Virus record (IMG/VR): IMGVR_UViG_3300046694_000291
Coordinates: 20,107-84,106 of that record
From: a virus
Reading direction: 5' to 3' (one strand)
Length of the DNA: 64,000 nucleotides
The position numbers and the translations under genes were made by a program. Below are positions 9,523-18,681 of the stretch, piece after piece. Each line of letters begins with the position of its first letter. Positions within the stretch are counted from its first letter, which is position 1. The notes below the pieces were generated by a model. That model ran no database searches, was not told the DNA's origin, and saw nothing but the letters and a program-made list of their open reading frames with translations.

Positions 9523-9718
9523 GGTCCATGTCCTCCGTACGCACGACGACGTCGGACCCCGGTTCCTCGGCCAGCCTCTGGAGGATCTCGGCGACCGCCT
9601 CGTAGCCCCGGTACTCGATCGCCCGGCGGAGCCGGAGCGCGGCCCGGTACAGGCGCCAGGCCTGCCACAGGGACAGCCCGCCGGAGGGGAAGACGTGGAT
9701 GCGGATGCGCTGTTTCAC
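9515..9718 (-). CDS. hypothetical protein
   Basis: Coupled ORF in leftward operon. Confidence 0.55.
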   Translation of the reverse strand: MKQRIRIHVFPSGGLSLWQAWRLYRAALRLRRAIEYRGYEAVAEILQRLAEEPGSDVVVRTEDMDHG

Positions 9719-10059
9719 GTCAGGCCCCCGATCAGGTCCGTGAGCGCGCTCAGGTGCATCTCGAACACCGCGCGCTCGGTGTAGGTCATGGACGCGATGA
9801 TCCCCCGGGCCCGGTCGGGGTCACTGTTCATGACCGCCCACAAGGCGTTCGTCTCGTCGAAAGCGGTGACCTTGGGGACGACGGCCGACGGGGCCGGGTC
9901 GCGCTTGAGCAGCCGGTCCGCCTCGAACAGGCGCTCCGGATCCGTCCGGGACGGATCGGTGTGGTTCACATAGATGTGCCTGATGAACGCGTCCCAGCCC
10001 GTGATCGGCTCACAGACGTCCGGGGTGACGGGGCACTGACGGGTCTTCATGGTCTTCAC
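9715..10059 (-). CDS. hypothetical protein (C2H2-like)
   Basis: CPVTPDVC...HIYVNH; GTGA overlap. Confidence 0.6.
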   Translation of the reverse strand: MKTMKTRQCPVTPDVCEPITGWDAFIRHIYVNHTDPSRTDPERLFEADRLLKRDPAPSAVVPKVTAFDETNALWAVMNSDPDRARGIIASMTYTERAVFEMHLSALTDLIGGLT

Positions 10060-10307
10060 GATCCGTACCTCCGCAGTTCCTCGATCACCTCGGGGCTGAT
10101 CTCGATCTCCCGGTACATGCGCTCCTGGAGGGCCGCCTGCTCCGGGGTCATCGGCAGGTGCGGCCGGATGCCGTCGATCGTGTGACTGGCCTCGGCCGTG
10201 TCGTGCATCCGGTGCAGGTCGACGGCGATGTCCGGGTCGTGGTCCTCGATCTCGTCCGAGCCGAGCAGGTTGAGCCACCCGGCATAGACGGCGTCCTCGC
10301 CGGTCAC
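10056..10307 (-). CDS. hypothetical protein
   Basis: GTGA overlap with upstream stop; good codon usage. Confidence 0.55.
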   Translation of the reverse strand: MTGEDAVYAGWLNLLGSDEIEDHDPDIAVDLHRMHDTAEASHTIDGIRPHLPMTPEQAALQERMYREIEISPEVIEELRRYGS

Positions 10308-10489
10308 AGCGACCACGACCCACGCCGGTCCTCGGTCAGGCTGACGAGCTGGAGCGCTACGTTGCGCAGCCGGGCGATCTGCTTCTCGCTCAGGGCGGCC
10401 AGGGCCTGACGGACCTCGGTCTCCCCGCCGGTCAACGCGGCCCTGAGCAGGTTGAGGTACGGGTTCAGGTACCCCTCGGACTGGGGCAT
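10304..10489 (-). CDS. hypothetical protein, first gene of leftward operon
   Basis: GAAGGAG RBS. Confidence 0.6.
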   Translation of the reverse strand: MPQSEGYLNPYLNLLRAALTGGETEVRQALAALSEKQIARLRNVALQLVSLTEDRRGSWSL

Positions 10490-10603
10490 GGGGTGCTCCT
10501 TCTTCCGGGATCGGTGGTCTGTACCCGCAGCGTACCCTTACGTGTGCCGATGCACACATCCGGGTATGCCCGGGTAACCATGATTATCGCTGAGGAGGCG
10601 AGC
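10490..10603. promoter_or_regulatory. divergent promoter region
   Basis: Intergenic switch between leftward and rightward operons; contains GTGTGC..GCACAC palindrome and CCGGGTA direct repeat. Confidence 0.45.
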
Positions 10604-10828
10604 ATGCCGAAGGAAGACGACTTCATCACCGTGGCGGGGGCGGCCCGGCTGGCCGGGGAGATCCGCCGCACCCCGGTGAGCCAGGGCACCATCCGCCGCT
10701 GGATGGACGACCCGGCGGTCAAGGTCCAGAAGTACCGGGACGGCTCGGGCCGCGTCTGGGTCGACCGCGAGGACATCATCAAGCACTGCACCCCGCAGCC
10801 GGTGCCGGTGACCGGAGCCGGGTCGTGA
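10604..10828 (+). CDS. small helix-turn-helix (excisionase/MerR-like) DNA-binding protein
   Basis: ITVAGAARLA...VSQGTIRRWM...GRVWVDREDI. Confidence 0.7.
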   Translation: MPKEDDFITVAGAARLAGEIRRTPVSQGTIRRWMDDPAVKVQKYRDGSGRVWVDREDIIKHCTPQPVPVTGAGS

Positions 10829-11124
10829 GGGAGTACCAGATCCGGATGACCGTCCGGACCAACGAGAACGACGTCCCCGGGGCCGACACCTACTTCGGCG
10901 ACCAGGAGATGCCCCAGCGGCTGGCCGAGTGGTTCGCCTCGGCGCTGTTCGACCAGGACGACTCGCCGTACATCGTCTGGTCGGAGATCACGCTGCGGCC
11001 GACCGTGGCCGACCACACGCACGAGTTCAAGCTGCCGGTCAGGGGCGAGGACACGTGCGCTGCGTTCCCCGGCTGCACGGTGACCTGGAACCAGGAGCGG
11101 GCACGACAGGCGGCCCAGTCATGA
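10825..11124 (+). CDS. hypothetical protein
   Basis: Coupled ORF. Confidence 0.6.
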   Translation: MREYQIRMTVRTNENDVPGADTYFGDQEMPQRLAEWFASALFDQDDSPYIVWSEITLRPTVADHTHEFKLPVRGEDTCAAFPGCTVTWNQERARQAAQS

Positions 11125-11618
11125 CCAATCCCCGCATCCCGGCGATCGAGACCCGGGCGTACGGCTGCCGGTTCCGGTCCCGGCTGGAGGCACGCTGGGC
11201 GATCTTCCTGACCGAGGCGGGGTTCGACTGGGAGTACGAGCCCGAGGGCGCGCAGCTCGACGCGGGCCGGTACCTGTGCGACTTCCGGGTCAAGGGACCG
11301 AACGGGGTCCAGGTCTGGCTGGAGGTGAAGCCGCCGGTCGACACGGAGGACGATCCGCGCTGGGCGGAGCTGGCTGCCCGGTCGGGCATGATGCTCTTCA
11401 CCGTCCGGGGGATGCACCGGCGGGGCGACCGGTGCGAGAGCGCGCACTCGTGCCGGGTGTGGCTGCCGGACGGCCAGGTGGCCGACGTGCACAGGCTGTG
11501 GCAGGGCACGGCGTACGAGCAGGCATGGGACAGGGCCTCGGAGGCCCGGTTCGACGGCACAGACGGGCTGAAGCACAAGCCGGGACGTGGGCCCCGGCGC
11601 CGCAGTCGCAGGAAGTAG
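11121..11618 (+). CDS. PD-(D/E)xK nuclease-like protein
   Basis: FRSRLEARWA..WEYEPEG..YLCDF..WLEVK. Confidence 0.75.
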   Translation: MTNPRIPAIETRAYGCRFRSRLEARWAIFLTEAGFDWEYEPEGAQLDAGRYLCDFRVKGPNGVQVWLEVKPPVDTEDDPRWAELAARSGMMLFTVRGMHRRGDRCESAHSCRVWLPDGQVADVHRLWQGTAYEQAWDRASEARFDGTDGLKHKPGRGPRRRSRRK

Positions 11619-11629
11619 GGAGACAGACG

Positions 11630-11929
11630 ATGGACTGGAGTGAGCGACTGCTCACCGTGGTCGGACCGGGGGCTTCTGTGAGCGGTCTGGAGACAGACCC
11701 CTTCACCGGAGCGGGGCTGACGATCTCTGTTCCCGAGCACTTTCCTGACAAGGACGAGGTGCTCTCGATCGCCCCGAATCACCCGTGCAGGCATGGCGAA
11801 GGTACGGGCTGTGACTGTGTCTGGTGCCATGCCTGCTGGAAGTGGAGCCGGGACAACGGTGCGGTGGATGAGAACGGTTGGCACTACCTGAGCTGTATGC
11901 ACCGGACAGGGTGGAGGAGCGAACCGTGA
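11630..11929 (+). CDS. hypothetical Cys-rich protein
   Basis: Fills gap; stop overlaps primase GTG. Confidence 0.5.
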   Translation: MDWSERLLTVVGPGASVSGLETDPFTGAGLTISVPEHFPDKDEVLSIAPNHPCRHGEGTGCDCVWCHACWKWSRDNGAVDENGWHYLSCMHRTGWRSEP

Positions 11930-14900
11930 CCACAGTAGAGGCACCTCCGGAGCTGTACGACTTCCACCAGCGTGAGCTGGAGGAGAGCTGCATCTCGGCC
12001 GAGGTGCAGACGGCCCGGCGGTACGAGACCCTGTACGGCACCGACGAGGACAAGGCCCGGCTCAAGGAGCTGCGGGTCCCGAGATGGGCCTGGCGGGACG
12101 AGACGGCGTTCCCGGCCCTGCTGCTGCCCATGTACCGGGTGACCGGCGAGGAGATCGGGGTCCAGTTCAAGCCCGCACTCCCGCAGGAGGCCCCCGGCGG
12201 CAAGCTCCAGAAGTACGCCAGCCAGTCCGGCACCCCGAACCGGCTGGACGTGCCGCCGGGCGTGGCGGACCTGGTGCGGGACCCGAGCGTGCCGCTCTGG
12301 ATCACCGAGGGGATCAAGAAGGCGGACTGCCTGGCCAGTCACGGCAAGGCAGCGCTGACACTGACCGGCGTGTTCAACTGGCGCAGCAAGATGGGCACGC
12401 TGGGGGACTGGGAGGACGTCCCGCTCCAGGGCCGTGACGTGGTGATCTGCTTCGATGCCGACACCCGGGACAAGCGCACTGTCATGCTCGCGATGCAGCG
12501 CCTCGGCCGCTGGCTGGAGAGCAAGCAGGCCCGGCCGCTGTACCTGATCGTGCCCCCCGAGGTGGAGCGGGAGGGCGGAGCCCGGGTCGCGGTCAAGGGG
12601 GTGGACGACTTTCTGTACGCGGGCGGGACGATGGACGGCCTGCGGGACGCGGCCGTGCGGCAGCTCGCCACCGGTACGCAGGACGCCGCGTTCACCGACG
12701 CGATGCTGACGGACACCGTGGTCAACGAGACGCTGGAGGGCCGCTTCAAGTGGGCCAAGGGCCTCGGGTGGATGCAGTGGACAGGCAAGCTGTGGGAGGA
12801 GGCGAGCGACGCCTCCGTGGTGGAGGCAGTACGGCAGTGGGGGCTGGAGCAGTTCCAGCTCGTGCTGGACGAGCAGCGGCGCGACGCCAACCGTGACCTC
12901 GGGGCACAGATCGAGGGCTGGCGGTCCACCCTGAGCAAGGCCAAGATCAGCAACCTGGTCAGCCTGGCGCGGGGACCGCTGGAGTGCGCGGCGGTGGACT
13001 TCGACGCGGACCCGGACAAGCTCAACTGCCCCAACGGGATCGTCGACCTGCGCACGGGGACACTGACCCCGGCCGACCCCGACGCCCTGATGACGAAGAT
13101 CACGGGAGCGGACTTCGTCAGGAACGCCCGGCACCCGGACTGGGACAAGGCACTGAAGGCCCTGCCGCCGGAGGTCGTGGACTGGTTCCAGATCCGCATC
13201 GGGCAGGCGATCACCGGTCACACGACGAGCGACGGCAAGGTGCTCGTGTGCCAGGGCGGCGGCGCGAACGGGAAGAGCACGGTGTACGACGGCATCGCCA
13301 TGAGCGTCGGCAAGTACGCCGTCCAGGTGAGTGACCGGGCGATGCTCGGCGGGGCGAGCGACAACCACCCGACCGAGATCATGGACCTGATGGGCGCGCG
13401 GTACGCGGTTCTGGAGGAGACGCCCGAGGCGCGCAGGCTCGACACCAACCGGCTCAAGAAGCTCGCCGACACCCGGGAGATCACCGGCAGGCGTATCCGG
13501 CAGGACCCGGTGACGTTCGAGGCCACGCACAGCCTGTTCATCAACTCCAACTACCGGCCGGTGGTCGACGAGACCGACCACGGCACCTGGAGGCGGCTGG
13601 CGCTGGTGGTGTGGCCGTACACCTTCCGGGAGCACCGGGGGCAGCTCAGGGGCCCGAACGACCGGCTCGGCGACCCGACCCTGCGGGAACGTATCAAGCT
13701 CGACCCGCAGGCCCTTGAGGCGGCGCTCGCGTGGGCGGCCGAGGGGGCCAGGCGCTGGTACGAGCTGGAGAAGATCATGCCCCACCTGCCGGAGCGGGTG
13801 GAGGCCGACACCCTGGCGTGGCGCAAGGAGTCGGACCTGATCCTGGCGTTCATCGACGACCATCTCCAGTTCGACCTGGAGGCGTGCGTACAGGGCACGG
13901 AACTACGGACCGTGTTCAACACCTGGGTCAAGGAGAAGGGCGGCCGGGAGTGGGGCGACAAGACGTTCAACACCCGGTTCGGCGGTCATGACCTGTGCGC
14001 CCAGAACAACGTCGAATACAAGGTCATGAAGAACCCCCGGGACCTCAGCTCGCTCGGGGGCCGGGGGCCGCACCAGGGGATGGTCCGAGCGTGGCTCGGA
14101 GTGGCCTGGAGGGCTGAAGAGCCCGGATCAGGCGAAAGTAATGGGCAGGTAAAAGACCCGTTCAGCGGCCCTAACCATGATCGGGTTACGGGAGTTACAC
14201 CTCCAGGTATAACGGAAAAGTTTCCTACGCGGGGAGCCGTTAACTCTCAAGGTGTAACTCCCGTAACCGGTAACAGTTGTACACCGAAAAACGAGGACCC
14301 GATGACCAAGGAAACCGACTACGGGACCGACCCGTTCGCGCCCGTCCAGGCGGCCCCGGAGGCCCCCTCTCCCGCCGTCTCCCGGCCTGCGCTCCCCGTC
14401 CTGGCCGGACCGGTCGGCTGGGACATCGAGGCCCCCTCGTCCAAGAAACTGTTCACGTTCCGTAGTCAGCCAGGTGCGCCGTACGCCCGGCTGAACGGAC
14501 TCGTGGACGAGAACGGACAGGAGGTGATCACCAACGACCCGGCCGAGCTGATCGAACTGCTGGAGCGGGCCCCGATGATCTACGGCCACAACATCTTCCG
14601 GTTCGACCTGATGGCACTGGCGTGGCACCACGGGGCCGACTACGACCGGCTGGCGAAGAAGGCCTGGGACTCCTACGTGGACGAGGCGACCTGCGACCCC
14701 TCGGGCGGGCAGTACCTCGCCCCCTGGAACCAGAAGGGCTACTACGGGCTGAACGACGCCCTGGTGCGCCGGGGCGAGCCCGGCAAGACCGACCACCTGC
14801 CCGAGCTGGCGAGGGAGTACGGTGACCCGTCCCTGGCGGGCAAGGCACGGGAGGAGGACGGGTACGAGAAGATCCCGCCGGACAACGAGCGTTACCGGTC

Positions 14901-16293
14901 GTACCTGTCCGGTGACCTTGGGGCCACCGGCCGCCTGTACCGCAAGCAGCAGGCCGAGCACCCCGAGCGTATGGACTACCGGCGCCGGGAGATGAAGGTC
15001 GCCTGGATCCAGAACCGGATGACGCTGTCCGGCTGGAAGATCGACGTACCCCTGCTGCGGGCCCGGGTGGCCGAGGAGGCGGAGAAGAAGCAGGCCAGCC
15101 TCCAGTGGCTGGCCGAGAACGCGGGCGTCCCCCTGACCGAGACCAAGAGCCGTGGACGCGGCTCCAGGAAGGAGTTCTACGAGGAGGCGCGCAAGAGCCC
15201 CCTCGGCTCGAACGCCGGACGTGAGGCGCTGGAGCGGGCGTTCAGGGACCGGGGCCTGCCGTACGTGCTCACCACGGAGAGCGGCGTGCTCGCGCTCAAC
15301 AAGGACGCCATGGGCGTGGGGAGCTACATGGTCGGCAAGGGCGCCAGTGGCCAGGTTCTGCCCGGCCTGCTGAACCCGCTGCGGAAGGAGCGCACCCCGG
15401 ACGCCGACTGGAACGCGATCGACGAGATGGCCGGTCATATCCGGACCGTCACCACCGCCGTGGCCAAGTACCAGGAGATCATGGACCACCTGACCGGCGA
15501 CCGGGTGCACGGCCACGTCGGCGAGACCCAGGGCTCGGGCCGGTGGGCGATGGTGAAGCCGAGCGTGACCAACCTCGGCAAGCGCGGCGGCAAGGTGATC
15601 CAGCGGGCGCCGTTCATCGCCGACGACGGCTGCGTGCTGATCGCCTTCGACCTCGACCAGGTGGACATGCGGGCGTTCGCCGGACACTGCGGCGACCCCG
15701 AGTACGCGGGCATGTTCATCCGGGGCGAGGACCCGCACTCCATGATCGCCACGATGGTGTTCGGACGGGCCGACGGCGAATGGCGCGACCGGGCCAAGGC
15801 CTCCGGTCACGGCTGGAACTACGGCCTGAGCGTGAACGGGCTCGTGAACCAGGGCATCGAGCGGTCGCTGGCGGAGCGGTTCGACGCCGGTATGAACGAG
15901 AGCTACCCGGCCCTGTGCTCCTGGCGCAGCGAGGTGCGCAGCCGGGGCGAGTCCGGGGAGCTGCTGGACAACGGCTTCGGGCGCCTGATGCGGGTGGACC
16001 CCCGCCGGGCCTACACCCAGGCACCGGCCCTGATGGGCCAGGGAACGGCGAGGGACATCCTGGTCGAGGGGCTGCTGCGGCTGCCGGACGAGTACGTGCC
16101 GTGGATGCGCGGCGTGGTGCATGACGAAGTGATCTTCAACGTTCCGGAGGACCGGGTGGAGGAGTGCATCACCACCGTGACCGCCGCCCTGACGTTCGAC
16201 CTGGCCGAGGTGAGCACGCTGCACCCGGTGCCGATCACGACCGGGGCCAGCAAGGCCGCACACAGTTGGGACGGTTGCTATGTCAAGGACTGA
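11926..16293 (+). CDS. primase (TOPRIM/DUF3854-like) - D5/SF3 helicase - 3'-5' exonuclease - family A DNA polymerase fusion
   Basis: LWITEGIKKAD/ICFDAD (TOPRIM); GGGANGKST, LEE, INSN (SF3); WDIE, GHNIFRFD (exonuclease); FDLDQVDMR, RAKASGHGWNYG, VVHDEV (PolA motifs A/B/C). Confidence 0.92.
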   Translation: MTTVEAPPELYDFHQRELEESCISAEVQTARRYETLYGTDEDKARLKELRVPRWAWRDETAFPALLLPMYRVTGEEIGVQFKPALPQEAPGGKLQKYASQSGTPNRLDVPPGVADLVRDPSVPLWITEGIKKADCLASHGKAALTLTGVFNWRSKMGTLGDWEDVPLQGRDVVICFDADTRDKRTVMLAMQRLGRWLESKQARPLYLIVPPEVEREGGARVAVKGVDDFLYAGGTMDGLRDAAVRQLATGTQDAAFTDAMLTDTVVNETLEGRFKWAKGLGWMQWTGKLWEEASDASVVEAVRQWGLEQFQLVLDEQRRDANRDLGAQIEGWRSTLSKAKISNLVSLARGPLECAAVDFDADPDKLNCPNGIVDLRTGTLTPADPDALMTKITGADFVRNARHPDWDKALKALPPEVVDWFQIRIGQAITGHTTSDGKVLVCQGGGANGKSTVYDGIAMSVGKYAVQVSDRAMLGGASDNHPTEIMDLMGARYAVLEETPEARRLDTNRLKKLADTREITGRRIRQDPVTFEATHSLFINSNYRPVVDETDHGTWRRLALVVWPYTFREHRGQLRGPNDRLGDPTLRERIKLDPQALEAALAWAAEGARRWYELEKIMPHLPERVEADTLAWRKESDLILAFIDDHLQFDLEACVQGTELRTVFNTWVKEKGGREWGDKTFNTRFGGHDLCAQNNVEYKVMKNPRDLSSLGGRGPHQGMVRAWLGVAWRAEEPGSGESNGQVKDPFSGPNHDRVTGVTPPGITEKFPTRGAVNSQGVTPVTGNSCTPKNEDPMTKETDYGTDPFAPVQAAPEAPSPAVSRPALPVLAGPVGWDIEAPSSKKLFTFRSQPGAPYARLNGLVDENGQEVITNDPAELIELLERAPMIYGHNIFRFDLMALAWHHGADYDRLAKKAWDSYVDEATCDPSGGQYLAPWNQKGYYGLNDALVRRGEPGKTDHLPELAREYGDPSLAGKAREEDGYEKIPPDNERYRSYLSGDLGATGRLYRKQQAEHPERMDYRRREMKVAWIQNRMTLSGWKIDVPLLRARVAEEAEKKQASLQWLAENAGVPLTETKSRGRGSRKEFYEEARKSPLGSNAGREALERAFRDRGLPYVLTTESGVLALNKDAMGVGSYMVGKGASGQVLPGLLNPLRKERTPDADWNAIDEMAGHIRTVTTAVAKYQEIMDHLTGDRVHGHVGETQGSGRWAMVKPSVTNLGKRGGKVIQRAPFIADDGCVLIAFDLDQVDMRAFAGHCGDPEYAGMFIRGEDPHSMIATMVFGRADGEWRDRAKASGHGWNYGLSVNGLVNQGIERSLAERFDAGMNESYPALCSWRSEVRSRGESGELLDNGFGRLMRVDPRRAYTQAPALMGQGTARDILVEGLLRLPDEYVPWMRGVVHDEVIFNVPEDRVEECITTVTAALTFDLAEVSTLHPVPITTGASKAAHSWDGCYVKD
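14184..14268. repeat. perfect 19-bp inverted repeat around an AT-richer spacer; candidate replication origin
   Basis: GGTTACGGGAGTTACACCT (14184-14202) / AGGTGTAACTCCCGTAACC (14250-14268). Confidence 0.85.
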
Positions 16294-16498
16294 GCGCTGG
16301 TGGGGTCAGAGGACCCTCGCCGAGGTCACCACGCTGCTGTGCCCGCTGTGCCGGGCGCCGCTGTACCTGGTCGTCTGGAGGGACGAGACCATGCTGCCCG
16401 GCCACCTGACCGAGTCCCTGGTCACCTGCTCGGGCAGTGGCAAGACCCTGGAAGCCGCCCGGGAGCTGGCCGCGCTCCGGCTCCGGGCTCACCCCTGA
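16280..16498 (+). CDS. small CCHC Zn-finger protein, paralog 1 (ends AHP)
   Basis: CPLC..LPGH..CSGS..AHP*. Confidence 0.6.
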   Translation: MSRTERWWGQRTLAEVTTLLCPLCRAPLYLVVWRDETMLPGHLTESLVTCSGSGKTLEAARELAALRLRAHP

Positions 16499-16526
16499 AT
16501 CACCGACCAAGGAAAGGAAACTGACC

Positions 16527-16772
16527 ATGCATCGTGCCAAGTGCCCTTTGTGCAAAGGGTATGTGATAACGGTCTACGACAAGGACCACTTCGGGATCAA
16601 GGGCGTGATCCTGGCCGGGCACACCCCGAGCCGCTTCACCGACCGCCGGTACCAGGTCACGCACGCCGGGCAGTACCAGGGACTGTGCCTCGGCTCGGCC
16701 CTGACCCCGGACTTCGCTCAGGCCGTGGCGGACATGCGGGCCGAGGGGCGGCACCTGGCGGCGCACCCGTGA
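16527..16772 (+). CDS. small CCHC Zn-finger protein, paralog 2 (ends AHP)
   Basis: CPLC..LAGH..CLGS..AHP*; AAGGA RBS. Confidence 0.65.
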   Translation: MHRAKCPLCKGYVITVYDKDHFGIKGVILAGHTPSRFTDRRYQVTHAGQYQGLCLGSALTPDFAQAVADMRAEGRHLAAHP

Positions 16773-16990
16773 CCGGGATCCGGGGCGACGTGGTGTCGCG
16801 CATCTGCCCCGAGTGCGGGATGGAGATGTGGGTGTGGTCCGGGGAGGCGACCTCCCTCCATCGCATCCCCCTGCACGGGCCGACCCAGTCGCCCTGCTGG
16901 ATCTCGGGAGTGACCTGGGAGGAGGCCCGGGAGATGATCCGGATGCGCACCGAGAACGGGGGCGCGCTGCTCCGGGCGGCGCATCCGTGA
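16769..16990 (+). CDS. small CCHC Zn-finger protein, paralog 3 (ends AHP)
   Basis: CPEC..IPLH..CWIS..AHP*; GTGA overlap. Confidence 0.6.
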   Translation: MTGIRGDVVSRICPECGMEMWVWSGEATSLHRIPLHGPTQSPCWISGVTWEEAREMIRMRTENGGALLRAAHP

Positions 16991-17029
16991 CCGTATGGTC
17001 ATACGGCACCGGCCGGGGTAACGCTCCGG

Positions 17030-17147
17030 ACACCCACGCTGACCAGCCACACTGCGAACTCGGGCCGGGTGGTACGAGGCCACCACCGGGTCCGGGTTCG
17101 CTCCTCAGAAGGGAACCTCCGGACTCCGCTACGCTACGGACCGGTAG
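17030..17147 (+). repeat. dispersed ~115-bp intergenic element, copy 1
   Basis: CTGACC-N6-ACTGCGAACTCGG..GGGTGG..GTTCGCTCCTCAGAAGGGAA..TACGCTACGGACCGGTA, shared with 24263-24378 and 43796-43913. Confidence 0.85.
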
Positions 17148-17218
17148 GTTTAGGTAAATCGTACGGACGGTAACCGAGTAGGTATACGGCCCCGAACATG
17201 GACCAAGGAAGGACGATC

Positions 17219-17476
17219 ATGGCCGGACTCATCCGCAAGATCCTGCGCGCGGCCGTGGCGCAGCCGTGGGAGTACGTCGGCGACGGTGCGCCGGACGACT
17301 GGGAGTTCCGTATCAGCCCGGACGAGGAGACCCTGGCGGTCTACAACCCGAGCCGTGGCAAGTGGTACCTGTTCCACGACGTGATCATGCTGGCCGAGGT
17401 GACGAGCCTGGACGAGATGGACCGCAACACCACCCACTGGCGCCAGTTCCTGAGCGTGGAGGACCCGGATGACTGA
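17219..17476 (+). CDS. hypothetical protein
   Basis: AGGAAGG RBS, good codon usage. Confidence 0.7.
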   Translation: MAGLIRKILRAAVAQPWEYVGDGAPDDWEFRISPDEETLAVYNPSRGKWYLFHDVIMLAEVTSLDEMDRNTTHWRQFLSVEDPDD

Positions 17477-17873
17477 CCCGTTCTGTCCCGAGGCCGGACC
17501 TTCCGGGGCGCTGTGCGGCGTGCTGGCCCGCATTACCCACTCCGAGCACTTCGCCCGGGACGGCTCGACCTGGACCACCGGCCGCGTCCATTCCGCTCCT
17601 GTGGTCCAGCCCGCTGACTGGCTCTGGGACAAGCTGGGCATCGACCCCGACCGCATCAGCCGGACGGAGTTCGGTGTCCTTCTGCGGGGGTATCTCCGGC
17701 GCATGAACCAGCAGGCCTCGGCTCCTCCCCAGGTGCTGATCCCCACCATCCAGGGAAAAGTCGGACGTGTCCCGATGATGCTGCGCCCGTGCATCTGCTG
17801 CCGCTGCACCGGCACCACCATGTGCTGGCACGCCGACGAGGGCGGCTGCCACTGGGGCGGACCCGGACGGTGA
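17469..17873 (+). CDS. hypothetical Cys-rich protein
   Basis: Coupled ORF. Confidence 0.55.
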   Translation: MTDPFCPEAGPSGALCGVLARITHSEHFARDGSTWTTGRVHSAPVVQPADWLWDKLGIDPDRISRTEFGVLLRGYLRRMNQQASAPPQVLIPTIQGKVGRVPMMLRPCICCRCTGTTMCWHADEGGCHWGGPGR

Positions 17874-17922
17874 CCGGTGCAGCGTGTCATCATCTGTCCC
17901 GAGGCCGGACGAGAGGAACAGC

Positions 17923-18681
17923 ATGACCACGGAGTACATCGAGACCAGGATGATCCCGCTCAGTGAGCTGACCCTGTTCCCGGGCAACGCCCGGCGGGGC
18001 AACCGGAAGAAGCTCCTGGAGTCCCTGGAGGCCAACGGCCAGTACCGCTCCCTGATCGTGCGGGACACGGGTGGTGAGCTGATCGTGCTCGCGGGCAACA
18101 ACACCATGCAGGCCCTGGAGGAGCGCGGCGACGACCGGGCCCGCTGCGAGGTGGTCGAGTGCGATGATCAGACCGCGCTCCGGGTCAACCTGGTCGACAA
18201 CAAGGCCAACGACGAGGCCACCTACGACGACCGGGCGCGCGCCGAGCTGCTCGGCATGCTGGACGGGCTGGAGGGCACCGGCTACGACGAGGAAGAGGTC
18301 GACACGCTGGTCGCCCGGTTCGAGGAGGAGGAGTTCACCGAGGTCGCCGAGCCGGAGGTCGCCGAGTTCAACGACGACGCCGAGGAGCGCCAGGCCCGGG
18401 TCCGCTCCCACGGCGGGGACGACAGCAAGACCATGGAGTCCCGGGGTATCCGGGACATCTTCATCCCCCTGCCGGTGGCACAGGCCGACGAGCTGGGACG
18501 TCTGATCATGAAGCTGCGTGAGACCTGGGGCGCGGCACCACAGGGCGAAGTGCTGCTCAAGGCGGCACGGGTGGCGCTCGGGGTAGCGGTCCACGCCGGG
18601 GACAACCGGGCCGAGGCACCTCGGCCGGACGAGCTGATGAGCGCGGCCGAGGTCGTGTTCGACCCCCAGGACCCCGAGTGA
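17923..18681 (+). CDS. ParB/Srx-like domain protein
   Basis: IPLSELTLFPGNARRG..SLEANGQYRSLIV..VLAGNNT..VDNK. Confidence 0.85.
   Translation: MTTEYIETRMIPLSELTLFPGNARRGNRKKLLESLEANGQYRSLIVRDTGGELIVLAGNNTMQALEERGDDRARCEVVECDDQTALRVNLVDNKANDEATYDDRARAELLGMLDGLEGTGYDEEEVDTLVARFEEEEFTEVAEPEVAEFNDDAEERQARVRSHGGDDSKTMESRGIRDIFIPLPVAQADELGRLIMKLRETWGAAPQGEVLLKAARVALGVAVHAGDNRAEAPRPDELMSAAEVVFDPQDPE

Noticed and set aside
14100-14400. Intein or intron in the polymerase fusion
   Set aside because: No Cys/Ser...His-Asn splice motifs or homing endonuclease; the segment is too short
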